DNA of 58,917 nt, taken from Candidatus Binatia bacterium. Its GTDB lineage: Bacteria; Desulfobacterota; Binatia; Bin18. The notes below the pieces were generated by a model. It saw only the letters and a program-made list of their open reading frames with translations, had not been told where the DNA came from and did no database searches. The stretch's first letter is position 1. The number at the start of each line of letters is the position of its first letter. The translations under genes and the position numbers were made by a program. The DNA is taken from positions 1-58,917 of the forward strand of contig CAXXHG010000019.1 of the NCBI GenBank assembly GCA_963666315.2, read 5' to 3'. This document shows positions 32,725-43,160 of this stretch, one piece after another.

Positions 32725-33551
32725 GTGCAGAAACGTCGATTCATTCCTCGGCAGTTATTGCACCGGGAGCAGAACTCGACCGCGGAGTCCAGGTCGGCCC
32801 GTATGCGGTGATCGGGCCACAGGTCCGTATCGGGCAGAATACCACGATTGGGCCACACGCCGTTATCGAGGGGCATACCACGATAGGCTGTGAGAACCGT
32901 ATTTTCCAATTCGCCAGTGTGGGTGCTATTCCGCAGGATCAGAAATACCATGGGGAAGACAGCCAGTTACATATTGGCGACCGGAACACCTTGCGTGAGT
33001 TTGCCACACTGAATACGGGAACGACCGGGGGCGGCATGCTGACCCGGGTCGGCAATGATAATTTATTTATGGTGTACTCGCATGTGGGGCACGACTGCCA
33101 CATCGGGAACCATGTGGTCATGGCCAACTGTGCCACCTTAGCCGGCCATGTGACCCTGGAGGATTATGTCGGCGTCGGCGGCCTCGTCGCTATCCATCAG
33201 TTTACGCGGATCGGGGAATCGGCCTATCTCGGCGGGGGTGCGATGGTCTCTCTCGACGTCCCACCCTATTGCATCGCCCAAGGAGATCGCGTGCGTCTGT
33301 TTGGTCTCAACCTCATTGGCCTGAAACGTCGCGGATTCGGCGATGTACAGCTCAGCGCTCTCAAAAAGGCCTACCGCGCATTGTTTGCTGAAGGTCTCGG
33401 ACTGAAAGAAGCGCTGGAACGCGTGAGCCGTGAGCATGCCGTCACATCTGATGAGGTACGGTACTTGGTAGAATTCATTTCACACTCCCAGCGCGGGATC
33501 TGTCGTCCGCGGGGCAATACCGGCCAAGAGGGAGAAGACGAGCTGACCTAG
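32721..33551 (+). CDS. lpxA: UDP-N-acetylglucosamine acyltransferase
   Basis: Hexapeptide repeats, PQDQKY, HVGHDC, IHQFTRIG. Confidence 0.96.
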   Translation: MSAETSIHSSAVIAPGAELDRGVQVGPYAVIGPQVRIGQNTTIGPHAVIEGHTTIGCENRIFQFASVGAIPQDQKYHGEDSQLHIGDRNTLREFATLNTGTTGGGMLTRVGNDNLFMVYSHVGHDCHIGNHVVMANCATLAGHVTLEDYVGVGGLVAIHQFTRIGESAYLGGGAMVSLDVPPYCIAQGDRVRLFGLNLIGLKRRGFGDVQLSALKKAYRALFAEGLGLKEALERVSREHAVTSDEVRYLVEFISHSQRGICRPRGNTGQEGEDELT

Positions 33552-33555
33552 TTTC

Positions 33556-34404
33556 ATGGGGGCTCCTCAGGTTATGTCTCGTCTCGGTCTTATTGCTGGC
33601 AATGGTCAGTTCCCGCTTCTTTTCGTCGAGGCGGCACACGCGGAAGGCGTTGAGATTATCGCCGTTGCCCATGAAGGCGAGACGCCGGCGGAGATTACGG
33701 CCCTCCTGCCCGAGGTGACCTGGGTTCGGGTCGGAGAACTCGGCAAAATTATCGCGACTTTCCAGCAGGCTGGTGTGACGCAGGCGGTGATGGCGGGCGG
33801 GATCTACAAAGCCGGGGCGATGACGAATATTCAACCGGATGCCAGAGGGCTGGCTTTCATTAGTAAACTGCCTAACCTGAAAGATGACGTCATTCTGCGC
33901 GGGGTGGCACAGGAGCTGGAAGACGAAGGCATTACGATCATTGAATCAACACGCTATTTGTCGGCTCTCATTCCAGAGGCAGGTGTCCTGACAGCAGATG
34001 AGCCGGATACGCAGCAGTGGGCTGATATCCGGCTTGGCGTGACGGTGGCACGGGAGATTGGTCGCTGGGACATAGGCCAGAGTGTAGTGGTGAAGCGTGG
34101 GACGGTCTTCGCCGTTGAAGGCGCAGAAGGAACTAGTGCGACAATTCGTCGTGGCGGGGAGCTCGGTGGCGCCGGCACTGTTGTTGTGAAAGTCAGCAAA
34201 CCGCAACAAGATTTACGCTTTGACGTTCCAACCATTGGGCCGGATACCATAGCCGTGATGCACGAGGTGGATGCCGCTGTGCTGGCCATAGAAGCACACT
34301 CAACACTGATGATTGAACGACCGGCGCTCCTCGCGAAAGCCAGCGGGAGCGGCATTCGAGTCGTGGCTGTTTCAGCGAACTCAGACAGACAGACTACTGA
34401 CTGA
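33556..34404 (+). CDS. lpxI: UDP-2,3-diacylglucosamine pyrophosphatase LpxI
   Basis: LGLIAGNGQFP, DIGQSVVV, AVEGAEGT, KPQQDLRFDVPTIG. Confidence 0.93.
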   Translation: MGAPQVMSRLGLIAGNGQFPLLFVEAAHAEGVEIIAVAHEGETPAEITALLPEVTWVRVGELGKIIATFQQAGVTQAVMAGGIYKAGAMTNIQPDARGLAFISKLPNLKDDVILRGVAQELEDEGITIIESTRYLSALIPEAGVLTADEPDTQQWADIRLGVTVAREIGRWDIGQSVVVKRGTVFAVEGAEGTSATIRRGGELGGAGTVVVKVSKPQQDLRFDVPTIGPDTIAVMHEVDAAVLAIEAHSTLMIERPALLAKASGSGIRVVAVSANSDRQTTD

Positions 34405-34444
34405 CTGGCTACTAAATAGATCTGAGTAGATATTGGATATGGAT

Positions 34445-36901
34445 ATGCGATTAACAGCTGCCCGCCTCATTTTTTGCACTTTTTGTATTTTTTGTTTGTC
34501 CCTGGTGTGGGGACTATGCGGAACGGCCCAGGCCCAGATTCAGCGAGTTTTAGAAATCCCAGCCGATAACCAGATTGTCAGCGGAATCCTGCCTATTTCT
34601 GGCTGGGCGTTCTCTGCCGAGTCAACCGATCCGGTCACTGTCCGGCTGCTCATCGACGGTACGGACAGAGGGCTCATCCCGTGCTGTGTTGCTCGAGAAG
34701 ATGTTGCGGCACTACATGGCGACCAAGCCCTCAATAGCGGCTTTGGGTTGGCGTTTAACTTTGGCTTGCTGGAAGGCGAAGGCGAAGGCGACGACGAAGA
34801 AAATCTCTCGGATGGAATACACACGATTCGCATTGAGATAGAGGATGCGGCCGGCAATACAACGGCCCAAGAGCATACCGTCACCGTTGTCAGACCAGGT
34901 GGATTTCAGTTTATGACCGCCCCAAGCTTGATCGGTTTGTCCGTATCCACAGCGATTGAGGGACAGGAAATCGAGATTCTGAACATCAATGTGACAGGCA
35001 CCGACCCCGACGCACAGGCGGCCCGTGTGAATCTTCGATTGGCCTGGCAGCCCAATAGCCAGCAACTGACCGTAGTCGGGGCGAGGACACTCGCGCGGTC
35101 AGACCCAGTTGATAACGAATCAGATGACGAGTCGGGTGACCCTCTGGAGCAACCAGACGACGGCGGTCCCATTACCGCCGTTTTGGAAAACCCTCCAGAA
35201 CGGACGGTTGCGATTTTGGTCACCGTTGGTGGTATCGGCACCGTCTCGGGCTGGGCGTTCCCCAAAAACCCTGACGCGACGATTACGCAGGTCACGCTTC
35301 GGGTGGATGGCGCTGCGCCGCCCAAGTTTGGTGAGAACATCCCGTGCTGTTCAGAACGAACCGACGTACCCGTTGTCTTTCCTCAGGCCCCGCCGGGGAC
35401 TGGTTTTGGGGCGTTGGTCAATTTCAATCGCATAGAAAGTGGTCAGCGGACGATTGGAGTCGAAATCCGAGATAGTGCTGATCCAGCGAACTCACGTATT
35501 TTTGACCACACGGTTACCGTCGTTCGCTTGGGGAACGCCGAAGTGCTGGATCTGTTCGAGCTGTCTACTGAGGAAACAGAGGAATCCGTGGCAACAAGCA
35601 TCAGGCTGAGCGGAAATTTGCTGGTCATAGAAAACGTGACGATCCGCGCCAAGGGCGGCGATGAGTCAACGCAGATTGTTGCGGGATTTCGGTGGGAGGA
35701 GAGCTGTCAGTGTTTTGTTCCCTTTCCGTTGTGTGGTAACGGCAGCCGAGATATCGGGGAAGAGTGCGATATGACAGGGTTTGGCGAGCTGACGTGCGAA
35801 ACTCTCGGATTTGGGGGTGGTGATCTCATTTGCAACGAACTCTGCGGAATAATTACGACTGAGTGTGAGGAAGGTACGCAGAGTGTGGTTGCCGTTTATG
35901 TCACGACGACGGCTGACGACGCCGTTTCTGTGATTAACACGGGCACAAACGAAGTGACCACGGTCATTCCAGTTGGCGACCGTCCGCGTGGTATTGCAGT
36001 CAGTCCGGATGGGTCTGAAGCATACGTGGTGAATAGCGGCGATAACAATGTCTCGGTGATCGATACCGTCCAAAAAACTGTTGTGGCAACCATTCCGGTG
36101 GGCGACGAACCTCAGGGGGTCGCGTTCGGGGCGGATGGCACAAAAGCCTATGTAGTGAACGTTCATGATAACAACGTGTCGGTGCTGAACACGGCCACGC
36201 GCACCCAGGAAACAACTATTGCCGTAGGCAGACAGCCGGAATCGATTGCCGTCACCCCCGACGGGCTCTGGGCGTATGTGACGAATTTTGGCGACGACAA
36301 TGTAACCGTCATCGATCTCACAACGAATACGCCACTTCCCGATCCGATTGTCGTGGGGCAGGGACCGGTCGGTGTTGCGGTGAGTCCAGACGGAACGCGC
36401 GTGTATGTCACGAACTTTGGCGATCTCGAGCCGGAAGATGTCGAAGCCAACGCCAATACCCTCTCGATCATAGACACGGCAACCAATACGGTGCTGGATT
36501 CTGATCCGGAAGAAGAAGGCGTACAATCGCTACAAGTCGGCGTGCAACCTGTGGGTGTGGCCTTTCTCCCGGACAGCGCCCTAGAAATCGTCAAGAACGG
36601 GGCCCCTGATGCCTACGTTACTAATTTCCTGGATGCGACCGTATCCGTGATTACAGATGATGCAGCTGATCCGAGTGGGCCGTCCTTTAATGTCGCCTTT
36701 AACCCAAGATTCAATGCCGTTAATAACGAACCGTATGGCATTGCGATTACGCCGAATGGCTTGCGGGGTTATATCGCGCTGTTTGGATCTCGCTCAGACG
36801 AAGGTGAGGTCGTGCAGGTCTTTAGTACATTGCGGCGGGCCATTGTCACCACGATTGAGGTTGGTGATAAACCGTTCGGCGTTGCCATTGCCCCGCAATA
36901 G
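34445..36901 (+). CDS. Secreted surface protein: two Ig-like modules, Cys-rich repeat, YVTN beta-propeller
   Basis: Signal peptide; duplicated SGWAF...IPCC..R.DV...GFG module; CGNG...GEECD; repeated YVTN...VSVID...IPVG..P.GIAVSPDG. Confidence 0.85.
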   Translation: MRLTAARLIFCTFCIFCLSLVWGLCGTAQAQIQRVLEIPADNQIVSGILPISGWAFSAESTDPVTVRLLIDGTDRGLIPCCVAREDVAALHGDQALNSGFGLAFNFGLLEGEGEGDDEENLSDGIHTIRIEIEDAAGNTTAQEHTVTVVRPGGFQFMTAPSLIGLSVSTAIEGQEIEILNINVTGTDPDAQAARVNLRLAWQPNSQQLTVVGARTLARSDPVDNESDDESGDPLEQPDDGGPITAVLENPPERTVAILVTVGGIGTVSGWAFPKNPDATITQVTLRVDGAAPPKFGENIPCCSERTDVPVVFPQAPPGTGFGALVNFNRIESGQRTIGVEIRDSADPANSRIFDHTVTVVRLGNAEVLDLFELSTEETEESVATSIRLSGNLLVIENVTIRAKGGDESTQIVAGFRWEESCQCFVPFPLCGNGSRDIGEECDMTGFGELTCETLGFGGGDLICNELCGIITTECEEGTQSVVAVYVTTTADDAVSVINTGTNEVTTVIPVGDRPRGIAVSPDGSEAYVVNSGDNNVSVIDTVQKTVVATIPVGDEPQGVAFGADGTKAYVVNVHDNNVSVLNTATRTQETTIAVGRQPESIAVTPDGLWAYVTNFGDDNVTVIDLTTNTPLPDPIVVGQGPVGVAVSPDGTRVYVTNFGDLEPEDVEANANTLSIIDTATNTVLDSDPEEEGVQSLQVGVQPVGVAFLPDSALEIVKNGAPDAYVTNFLDATVSVITDDAADPSGPSFNVAFNPRFNAVNNEPYGIAITPNGLRGYIALFGSRSDEGEVVQVFSTLRRAIVTTIEVGDKPFGVAIAPQ

Positions 36902-36985
36902 GGCCGTCTGTGAGTTGACGCATCCGGGAGAACGTGGCACTATTTTCTCGTTTTCCAACCCCTGTGCCCGCCTGTTCCATTTTGT

Positions 36986-37246
<261 letters not shown>

Positions 37247-37321
37247 TCCACAATGAGGAGTCCAGACCGTGAAGTTTTCCGAGATTATCGATCAAGCCAG
37301 CCCGCGTCTGAGGAGGGATGC

Positions 37322-37750
37322 ATGACCCTACCGGAATCTATTCACGCGTTAGTTGCGACACGCCCGCATGCCCATCTGACGACGCTCAATCCCGACGGGA
37401 GCCCGCAAGTCTCGGTCGTCGGGGTCGGCATTGAAGAGGACGAATTTGTGATGGGCCATATGGGCGTGTGGCAAAAGGTCAAGAATATTCGCCAAGATGC
37501 GAGAGTGGCTCTCTCCCTGCTCGGCCAAGGCATGAACGCGATGGGGTTGCTGGAATACCTCGTGGTCTACGGGAACGCTCGGATTACAGAGGACGGGCCA
37601 GCGGTACTGCTGCAGCGCTTGGCGCACATCTATCTCGGGCCTGAGGTAGAGTTTCCCCCTGAGCCGTATCGCACCAATCCTGGCTACATTACCCGCATCA
37701 CGTCAACCCGTTTTGCCGGGATCGGCCCATGGGCGCCCAGCCAGCACTAG
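37322..37750 (+). CDS. PPOX-class (F420/FMN split barrel) oxidoreductase
   Basis: HLTTLNPDGSPQVS, KVKNIRQDARVALS; GAGGAGG RBS. Confidence 0.85.
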   Translation: MTLPESIHALVATRPHAHLTTLNPDGSPQVSVVGVGIEEDEFVMGHMGVWQKVKNIRQDARVALSLLGQGMNAMGLLEYLVVYGNARITEDGPAVLLQRLAHIYLGPEVEFPPEPYRTNPGYITRITSTRFAGIGPWAPSQH

Positions 37751-37775
37751 CAGCTCGCTGAAAAAGGAGAGGGTT

Positions 37776-39713
37776 ATGGAGCAGTTGTACGAAGTCCAGG
37801 AGCAGCGAAACCTGTTGATCCCGCTGGCTGATGGGGCGTCGCTGGCTGCGGATCTGTATCTTCCCGTCGCCGCGGGCCCTTGTCCCGTCCTGATCAGCTA
37901 CTACCCGTATCATAAAGACGATTTGATCGGCTCGTTTTGTGAGCATCCACGTCGCTACTTCACACAGCGAGGCTATGCCAATTTGCTCGTAGATTTTCGC
38001 GGCTTGGGCGGCTCTAGCGGTGTGGCGTGGGAGGCAATGGATGCGCGAGAAAATCTCGATGGCGCTGCTATTGTCGAGTGGGCGGCCAAGCAGTCATGGT
38101 GTGACGGCAACGTTGGTGTCTGGGGCGTTTCATATGGTGGGATTACGTCTCTCGAAATCGCGGCTGAGCATCCCCCCCACTTAAAGGCTATCGTCCCCAT
38201 TTATGCCAGTTCAGATATTTACCACGACTTTATTTATCCGGGCGGGTGCCTGAACTGTATGGGCGCCTTTGGCGCGTGGGGTTCGTTTATGCTGGCCATG
38301 AATCTCATGCCGCCCACGTATCAGGATCCGGATGGACGCTGGTATGAGGTGTGGCAGGAGCACTTAGAACACGGAGACCCCTACATCTTTCCTTGGCAGG
38401 AGCATCCTGACCACGATGAATACTGGCAATCCCGAGTGATCGCTATTAACCGCATCACTGTTCCGACCTTTTTAATCGGCGGCTGGCGGGACATTTTCCC
38501 AGAATGTATGCCCAATCTGTACCCACAGTTGTCCGGGCCGAAGAAGCTGCTTATGGGTCCGTGGATGCATACCCCACCCGATGTTTCCCTTTTTGAACAA
38601 GTCGATTATCTCTATGAGATGCGGCGTTGGTGGGACCACTGGCTGAAAGGCGAGCCGAACGACATCATGGACGAACCCCCAGTCACCCTTTTTGTACAGG
38701 GTAGTCAGACGTGGAAGCATGAGAATGAGTGGCCGATTGCGCGGACGGAGACGCACACATTATTTCTGGCAGACGCAAGCGCCTTAACTGACAGTCCGCC
38801 GCAGGTAGAGGGAGAGCATGCATATCGGGGCATCCCCAGCGTAGGCATGCAGGCCGGGCTGTGGGACCCGACTGGCCTTGGGCTGGGACTTCCGCTGGAC
38901 CAAGGGCCAGACGATCTCCGGTCCTTGACGTATACGACCGCTCCCTTGGACGAAGATATAGAGATATCGGGATCGCCTGAAGTCACCTTGTATGCTGCAT
39001 TAGAGAATGGCCAAGAGGTAAATCTGGTTGCCAAGTTGAGCGCCGTCGGGCCAGACGGGAGTTCTGCGCTCATCACTTCAGGCTGGCTCAATGGCAGTCA
39101 CGCCCAGTCGCACGAGCGTGCACAGCCATTGCAGCCAGGGGTCGTGGAGAGGTTTCGCCTTCGACTTTGGGCGACATCTTACTATATTCCACAGGGCTAT
39201 CGCGTGCGTCTGAGCGTCGCGTGTGCTGATTTTCCGCGTATCTGGCCGACGCGTACGAACCCCGAAATTCGCGTCTTTTTCAGCCAAGACCAGGCCTCGT
39301 CGGTGCGCATCCCGGTCGTGCCAGTCGCAGCAACGGCGCTGCCTGATCCGGCCATCGCCCGTCCAGACCTGAGCATTAATCGGGCCCCGTGGCGTGTAGA
39401 CGGCGTGCCACAATGGAAGATTGAGCAGGACGTGGCGACTGGCACAATGTCCATGATGACCGGCTCAGAGCAAAAGATTGCTCTGCCCAGCGGTGGGTCC
39501 TTTCACATGAAGCGGACTGCTACAGCGAGCGTCGCGGACGATAGGCCCGATGGAGCGAAGCTCGACGGAGAGACCACGATCAGTCTAGAGTTACCGGGGG
39601 CAGGCAGTATTCGGGTGGAAACCCACAGCTGGAGTTCACGGACTAAAATGCTACTAACGGGCAAAGTGACGGTAGAGGGGCGGGTATTTTTCGAGAAGCA
39701 GTGGAGGCGATAA
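37776..39713 (+). CDS. CocE/NonD family serine hydrolase
   Basis: YYPYHKD, DFRGLGGSSG, WGVSYGG nucleophile, GGWRD, GPWMH. Confidence 0.9.
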   Translation: MEQLYEVQEQRNLLIPLADGASLAADLYLPVAAGPCPVLISYYPYHKDDLIGSFCEHPRRYFTQRGYANLLVDFRGLGGSSGVAWEAMDARENLDGAAIVEWAAKQSWCDGNVGVWGVSYGGITSLEIAAEHPPHLKAIVPIYASSDIYHDFIYPGGCLNCMGAFGAWGSFMLAMNLMPPTYQDPDGRWYEVWQEHLEHGDPYIFPWQEHPDHDEYWQSRVIAINRITVPTFLIGGWRDIFPECMPNLYPQLSGPKKLLMGPWMHTPPDVSLFEQVDYLYEMRRWWDHWLKGEPNDIMDEPPVTLFVQGSQTWKHENEWPIARTETHTLFLADASALTDSPPQVEGEHAYRGIPSVGMQAGLWDPTGLGLGLPLDQGPDDLRSLTYTTAPLDEDIEISGSPEVTLYAALENGQEVNLVAKLSAVGPDGSSALITSGWLNGSHAQSHERAQPLQPGVVERFRLRLWATSYYIPQGYRVRLSVACADFPRIWPTRTNPEIRVFFSQDQASSVRIPVVPVAATALPDPAIARPDLSINRAPWRVDGVPQWKIEQDVATGTMSMMTGSEQKIALPSGGSFHMKRTATASVADDRPDGAKLDGETTISLELPGAGSIRVETHSWSSRTKMLLTGKVTVEGRVFFEKQWRR

Positions 39714-39719
39714 GCTGCT

Positions 39720-39895
39720 TCCGGGCCAAATCCTGGGAACTACGCGCCGCCACCAGCCTGGCGCGGCTTCGGCAGGGGCAGGGGAAAGTAGCAGAAGCCC
39801 GCGACGTACTCGCACCGGTCTATAATTGGTTTACCCAAGGCTTTGACACGGCGGACTTGAAGGACGCGAAGGCCCTGCTGGACCAGTTGTCATGA
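39720..39895 (+). pseudogene. C-terminal remnant of an ATPase/TPR regulator
   Basis: AKSWELRAATSLARL...WFTQGFDTADLKDAKALLDQLS*, paralogous to the tail of the 6072..9092 gene. Confidence 0.8.
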
Positions 39896-39952
39896 CACAC
39901 TGCTCCCCCTACAATCCCAACGACTTGGTATTCCCGCTCCAGACGTGACCTT

Positions 39953-40207
39953 ATGGCCAACACCCCCGTTACACGTAAACTTGCTGCGATCCTCAGTGCG
40001 GATGTCCAAGGCTACGCCGCCCTGCAAGTCTATCACCAAGAGCACAGCGACTGGCTCGTGCCCGCCCGGCATACAACTCCGTCTGGGTACAGATTGGGCA
40101 GTTGGGTTGCCCACCAACGAAGTGGAAAAGACACCCTGGCTGCCGAACGGATCAAGCGGCTGGACGCGCTCGGCTTTGTCTGGGATGCGAGAAGGAAAGC
40201 AGTTTAG
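39953..40207 (+). pseudogene. Chimeric fragment: adenylate cyclase N-terminus fused to a helicase-associated (HA) domain
   Basis: RKLAAILSADVQGY followed by EHSDWLVP...LGSWVAHQR...RIKRLDALGFVWD. Confidence 0.7.
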
Positions 40208-40269
40208 GAAGCAAGGTCCGGCTTCCGAAGTGTGTGTGTAAGAAATTGCTTTTAGGACTGCTCGTCTAG

Positions 40270-40670
40270 TCATCTTTTGTCATCTTGGCCAAAGCGGCCG
40301 TGCCGGACAACGCCAGCTGCGAATCGGGCTGCACCAGACTGTGCGTCGGTCGCTTTGGCAGTTTCGGCCAAGGCAATTTCTTGGGCGAACGCCTCGGTCA
40401 AAGAAAGACCGGCCTGATCATAGGCGGCACGCCGATCGGAGATTAGGCCGACCAGCGGCAGAGCCACGATCTGCTTGCTAAGCACGATCGCTGCATCTAA
40501 TACGGTGCCTGCTTCGATGAGGCGGGTGATCAAACCCATCCGCAACGCCTCTTCGGCCTGGACGGCGCGGCCAGTGATCAGCATATCTTGGGCAATACCC
40601 ATACCGACCAGACGCGGTAAACGAACGGTGGTGCCGTCACTCATTGGCACGCCAAACCGACGAGAATCGC
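40270..40670 (-). pseudogene. C-terminal fragment of an enoyl-CoA hydratase
   Basis: RRFGVPMSDGTTVRLPRLVG...MLITGRAVQAEEA; N-terminal half absent. Confidence 0.75.
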
Positions 40671-40689
40671 TACTCTCGAGGCGGCAAAG

Positions 40690-40959
40690 AAAGAGGCTCA
40701 ATTTCGTAAAGCGATGGAATTGGTTAAGGATGCATTACCAGAAGTCCTGCTTATACGCGCGCATAATCCCTTGACCCTGCTACACAAAGCTCTCAGTATT
40801 GGACTTCACGGTCGGACCGACGAACAGTGTCTTGAATCCGCGAGGATCGTTCGGGTGGCTCTAGTCGAATTCTCGGATCGCCTCGCGCAAGTGCTAAAGG
40901 ACGACGCCGAAGTGACGAATGCGCTTTCACAGCTTTTAAGAGCACAGAATAAGGGCTGA
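40690..40959 (+). pseudogene. C-terminal fragment of a hypothetical protein
   Basis: KDALPEVLLI..HNPLTLLHKALSIGLH..TDEQCL looks coding but has no credible start. Confidence 0.4.
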
Positions 40960-41199
40960 CAAGGTCACCACCAGTTATCGAACAATGGCCTTCGTCAAAC
41001 GACACAACAAACGCGGCGACTTCACCTGGCCTCAACGCACGAAATCCCAGAAAAAATGAATAAATTTCTCGGGCCTCAGTAGTACCGGTACGGCGACCCC
41101 CTACCGGGGTTCGACCCTCCCCCCCCATCTTGTGTCACAGTTTGCATGGTTGCGGATAGGGTGCGGATCGTGCAGCACTATGCGCGATCCTGCATAGTT

Positions 41200-41553
41200 A
41201 AGTCCGCTAAGTCATTGATTTTCCACAACTCGGGGAGAATTCGTAATCAGCAGGTCGTCGGTTCGACTCCGATGGGTGGCCTCCTTTACCCCCTTTTGTT
41301 TGCGGGGGATTTTTCTTGTTATCGCCTCTGTACTACGCTAAGTCTGACGGCGTGGTCACCATATGGTCACCACGAGAGGATATCTTCAACTAGAGTGCTC
41401 GCGATATGTAGAGCCCTTTAGGCAGCTGGAAAATGTGGCTTTCTATTAGACTTTGCGGCATCGAGAAAAGAGCCTCTACGGTCCCGGATAGTACACCCAG
41501 TTCTCTCCATTCCCCCCGAATCCCCGTGAAAGTTCCGCGAATTTTCACAACAG
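41200..41553 (+). repeat. attP-like repeat with tRNA-Thr(CGT) 3' half, copy 1
   Basis: IHF site (reverse complement AATCAATGACTTA), TTCGTAATCAGCAGGTCGTCGGTTCGACTCCG at 41240, TGGTCACCA x2; aligns with 49105-49446. Confidence 0.85.
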
Positions 41554-41624
41554 CCACTCGATATGAGGGGCTTCTAGGGTTTCAATCCTCACCGCCCGTT
41601 AAGGCCGCTTACCACGAAAACGTG

Positions 41625-41685
41625 GAAGCGCACTATAACCTCGGATTGCTGTATGAATACGGACGCGGCGTCCCGCGTGATCGAC
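41625..41685 (+). pseudogene. Isolated Sel1-repeat fragment
   Basis: AHYNLGLLYEYGRGVPRD. Confidence 0.55.
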
Positions 41686-41863
41686 AGCACGTCCACTTTA
41701 CGTTAACTGCTCAAAAGAGTCCTTCTGGGCTCAGTTCACCTGCTCCAATGTATGTCGATACATTGCTGATTTCATAGTCATGCAACAGCTTTGCGATAGT
41801 CTCGCGTTCTTCGACCAGCTCGTTGGGGACTATTACTGTGTAGTCTTCCTCCATACTCTTCTC

Positions 41864-42424
41864 CTATGGGTCCATGTTCATCGTTGTTGCCGGGACTTTA
41901 CTTCGCCAATTCTTTCGTGTGACGTTGACATCATTGCAGAAGAGATCATCAGGGAGAGAGTCAATGCGAGCAGGGGCACGGAGCACCGGATGATGAGCTT
42001 CTACATCCTTTGCTCGCTGGCAGTTTACTCGTTGCACTTCACAGGCTTGCCACTCCCTGAAATTGACATCACTCTCACGGATAGCCTCTCGGAGCAGACA
42101 TCGGGATATGCCAAAGATATCAACGAGATCTGTGCCTGCCTTATCCTGAGCGATAACCCATGGATCTACAGAAATGAGGAGCGTATTGTCCTTTTTACCG
42201 TATCTCATGTGCAATCCCTCCGGGCATGAATAAACTCCGGCTGGCCCTATTTGATAACACCTTAATTCGTTCTCCCCCCTGAATAAACCCGCATCGACCA
42301 TGATCATTGTGGGTGCTCCCGTTCCCAGGCTGTTTGTTTGCAGGCTGTTTGTTTGTATCCCCAGCCATGCGAGCCACCCGACTAGGCTCACCAAGGCTAC
42401 GACTAGCCAATCTTTCCAGTGCAT
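41864..42424 (-). CDS. Hypothetical membrane-anchored protein
   Basis: RBS plus ATG 42424, N-terminal TM, six Cys, 15-bp tandem duplication (QTNSL x2). Confidence 0.5.
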   Translation of the reverse strand: MHWKDWLVVALVSLVGWLAWLGIQTNSLQTNSLGTGAPTMIMVDAGLFRGENELRCYQIGPAGVYSCPEGLHMRYGKKDNTLLISVDPWVIAQDKAGTDLVDIFGISRCLLREAIRESDVNFREWQACEVQRVNCQRAKDVEAHHPVLRAPARIDSLPDDLFCNDVNVTRKNWRSKVPATTMNMDP

Positions 42425-42444
42425 CCTACTTCTCCTCTTCCACC

Positions 42445-42880
42445 TCAAAGAGATTTCCTAGGATCAAAAACAAAGGCTGTCATCGCCCCTCCCTTGGTCC
42501 ATAGCACTTGCCAATAGGCAGTGGGCACAGTGTGCGGCTCATCACTCCGAGGGAGCGTCATTTGATTCTCGTTCGGGTCGTACAGAGGCCCGGTGACGAC
42601 GTAGATCTCTTTCGCGGTATAAGCGAGGCCACGCACAGCCGTCTCAAGGTTTTTCCAGGCGCCTCGATTGAGCGCCGATTTCTGCGGTGTGATGTTTGAC
42701 AGGATATTGGTTGACCGCCGGAAGACTGTGCCGGCGAACGCTGCGAGCGGGGCTTGATGGCCCCGATCCGTCCCCATCGCATTCTGCGCCTTCTTGTAAT
42801 CCCCTGGTTCGAGTGTCTCGTTATCCTCAAGGAATTTATCAGCGGCCCAGTGTCGTGCAAGCGCTTTTGTTGTCCCAATT
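42445..42880 (-). pseudogene. DNA/RNA non-specific endonuclease (Serratia NucA-type) internal fragment
   Basis: DRGHQAPLA, LSNITPQKSALNRGAWKNLE, VVTGPLY, VPTAYW; both ends truncated. Confidence 0.8.
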
Positions 42881-42881
42881 G

Positions 42882-43160
42882 TCTCGGCCAGGCCTCTTAC
42901 GCACTGAGCCAGTACCCCCAGGCAATCGAGTACTACGAGCAGGCCTTGACGATTGCACGGGAGGTGCAAAATCGGGCCGAGGAGGTCGCACTGCTGAACA
43001 ACCTGGGAGCGGCCTACGAAGCGCTGAGGCAGTTCCCCAGGGCAATCGAATACCTTACCCAGGCCTTGACGATTGCACGGGAGGTACAGGATCGGGGGAA
43101 CGAAGGCTTAGCTCTCAGCTCCCTAGGAGTGACCCACTCTGCGCTAGGCCGATACCCCTC
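42882..43160 (+). pseudogene. TPR-repeat fragment
   Basis: Two 40-aa repeats AIEY..QALTIAREVQ.R..E...L..LG. Confidence 0.7.

Noticed and set aside
41146-41777. ORFs 41146..41421 and 41433..41777
   Set aside because: They run across the non-coding tRNA-Thr att repeat; only the short Sel1 scrap is protein-like
42905-43090. Near-duplicate sequences as a DGR template/variable repeat pair
   Set aside because: They are 120-nt-spaced TPR coding repeats, differences are not adenine-restricted, and there is no reverse transcriptase
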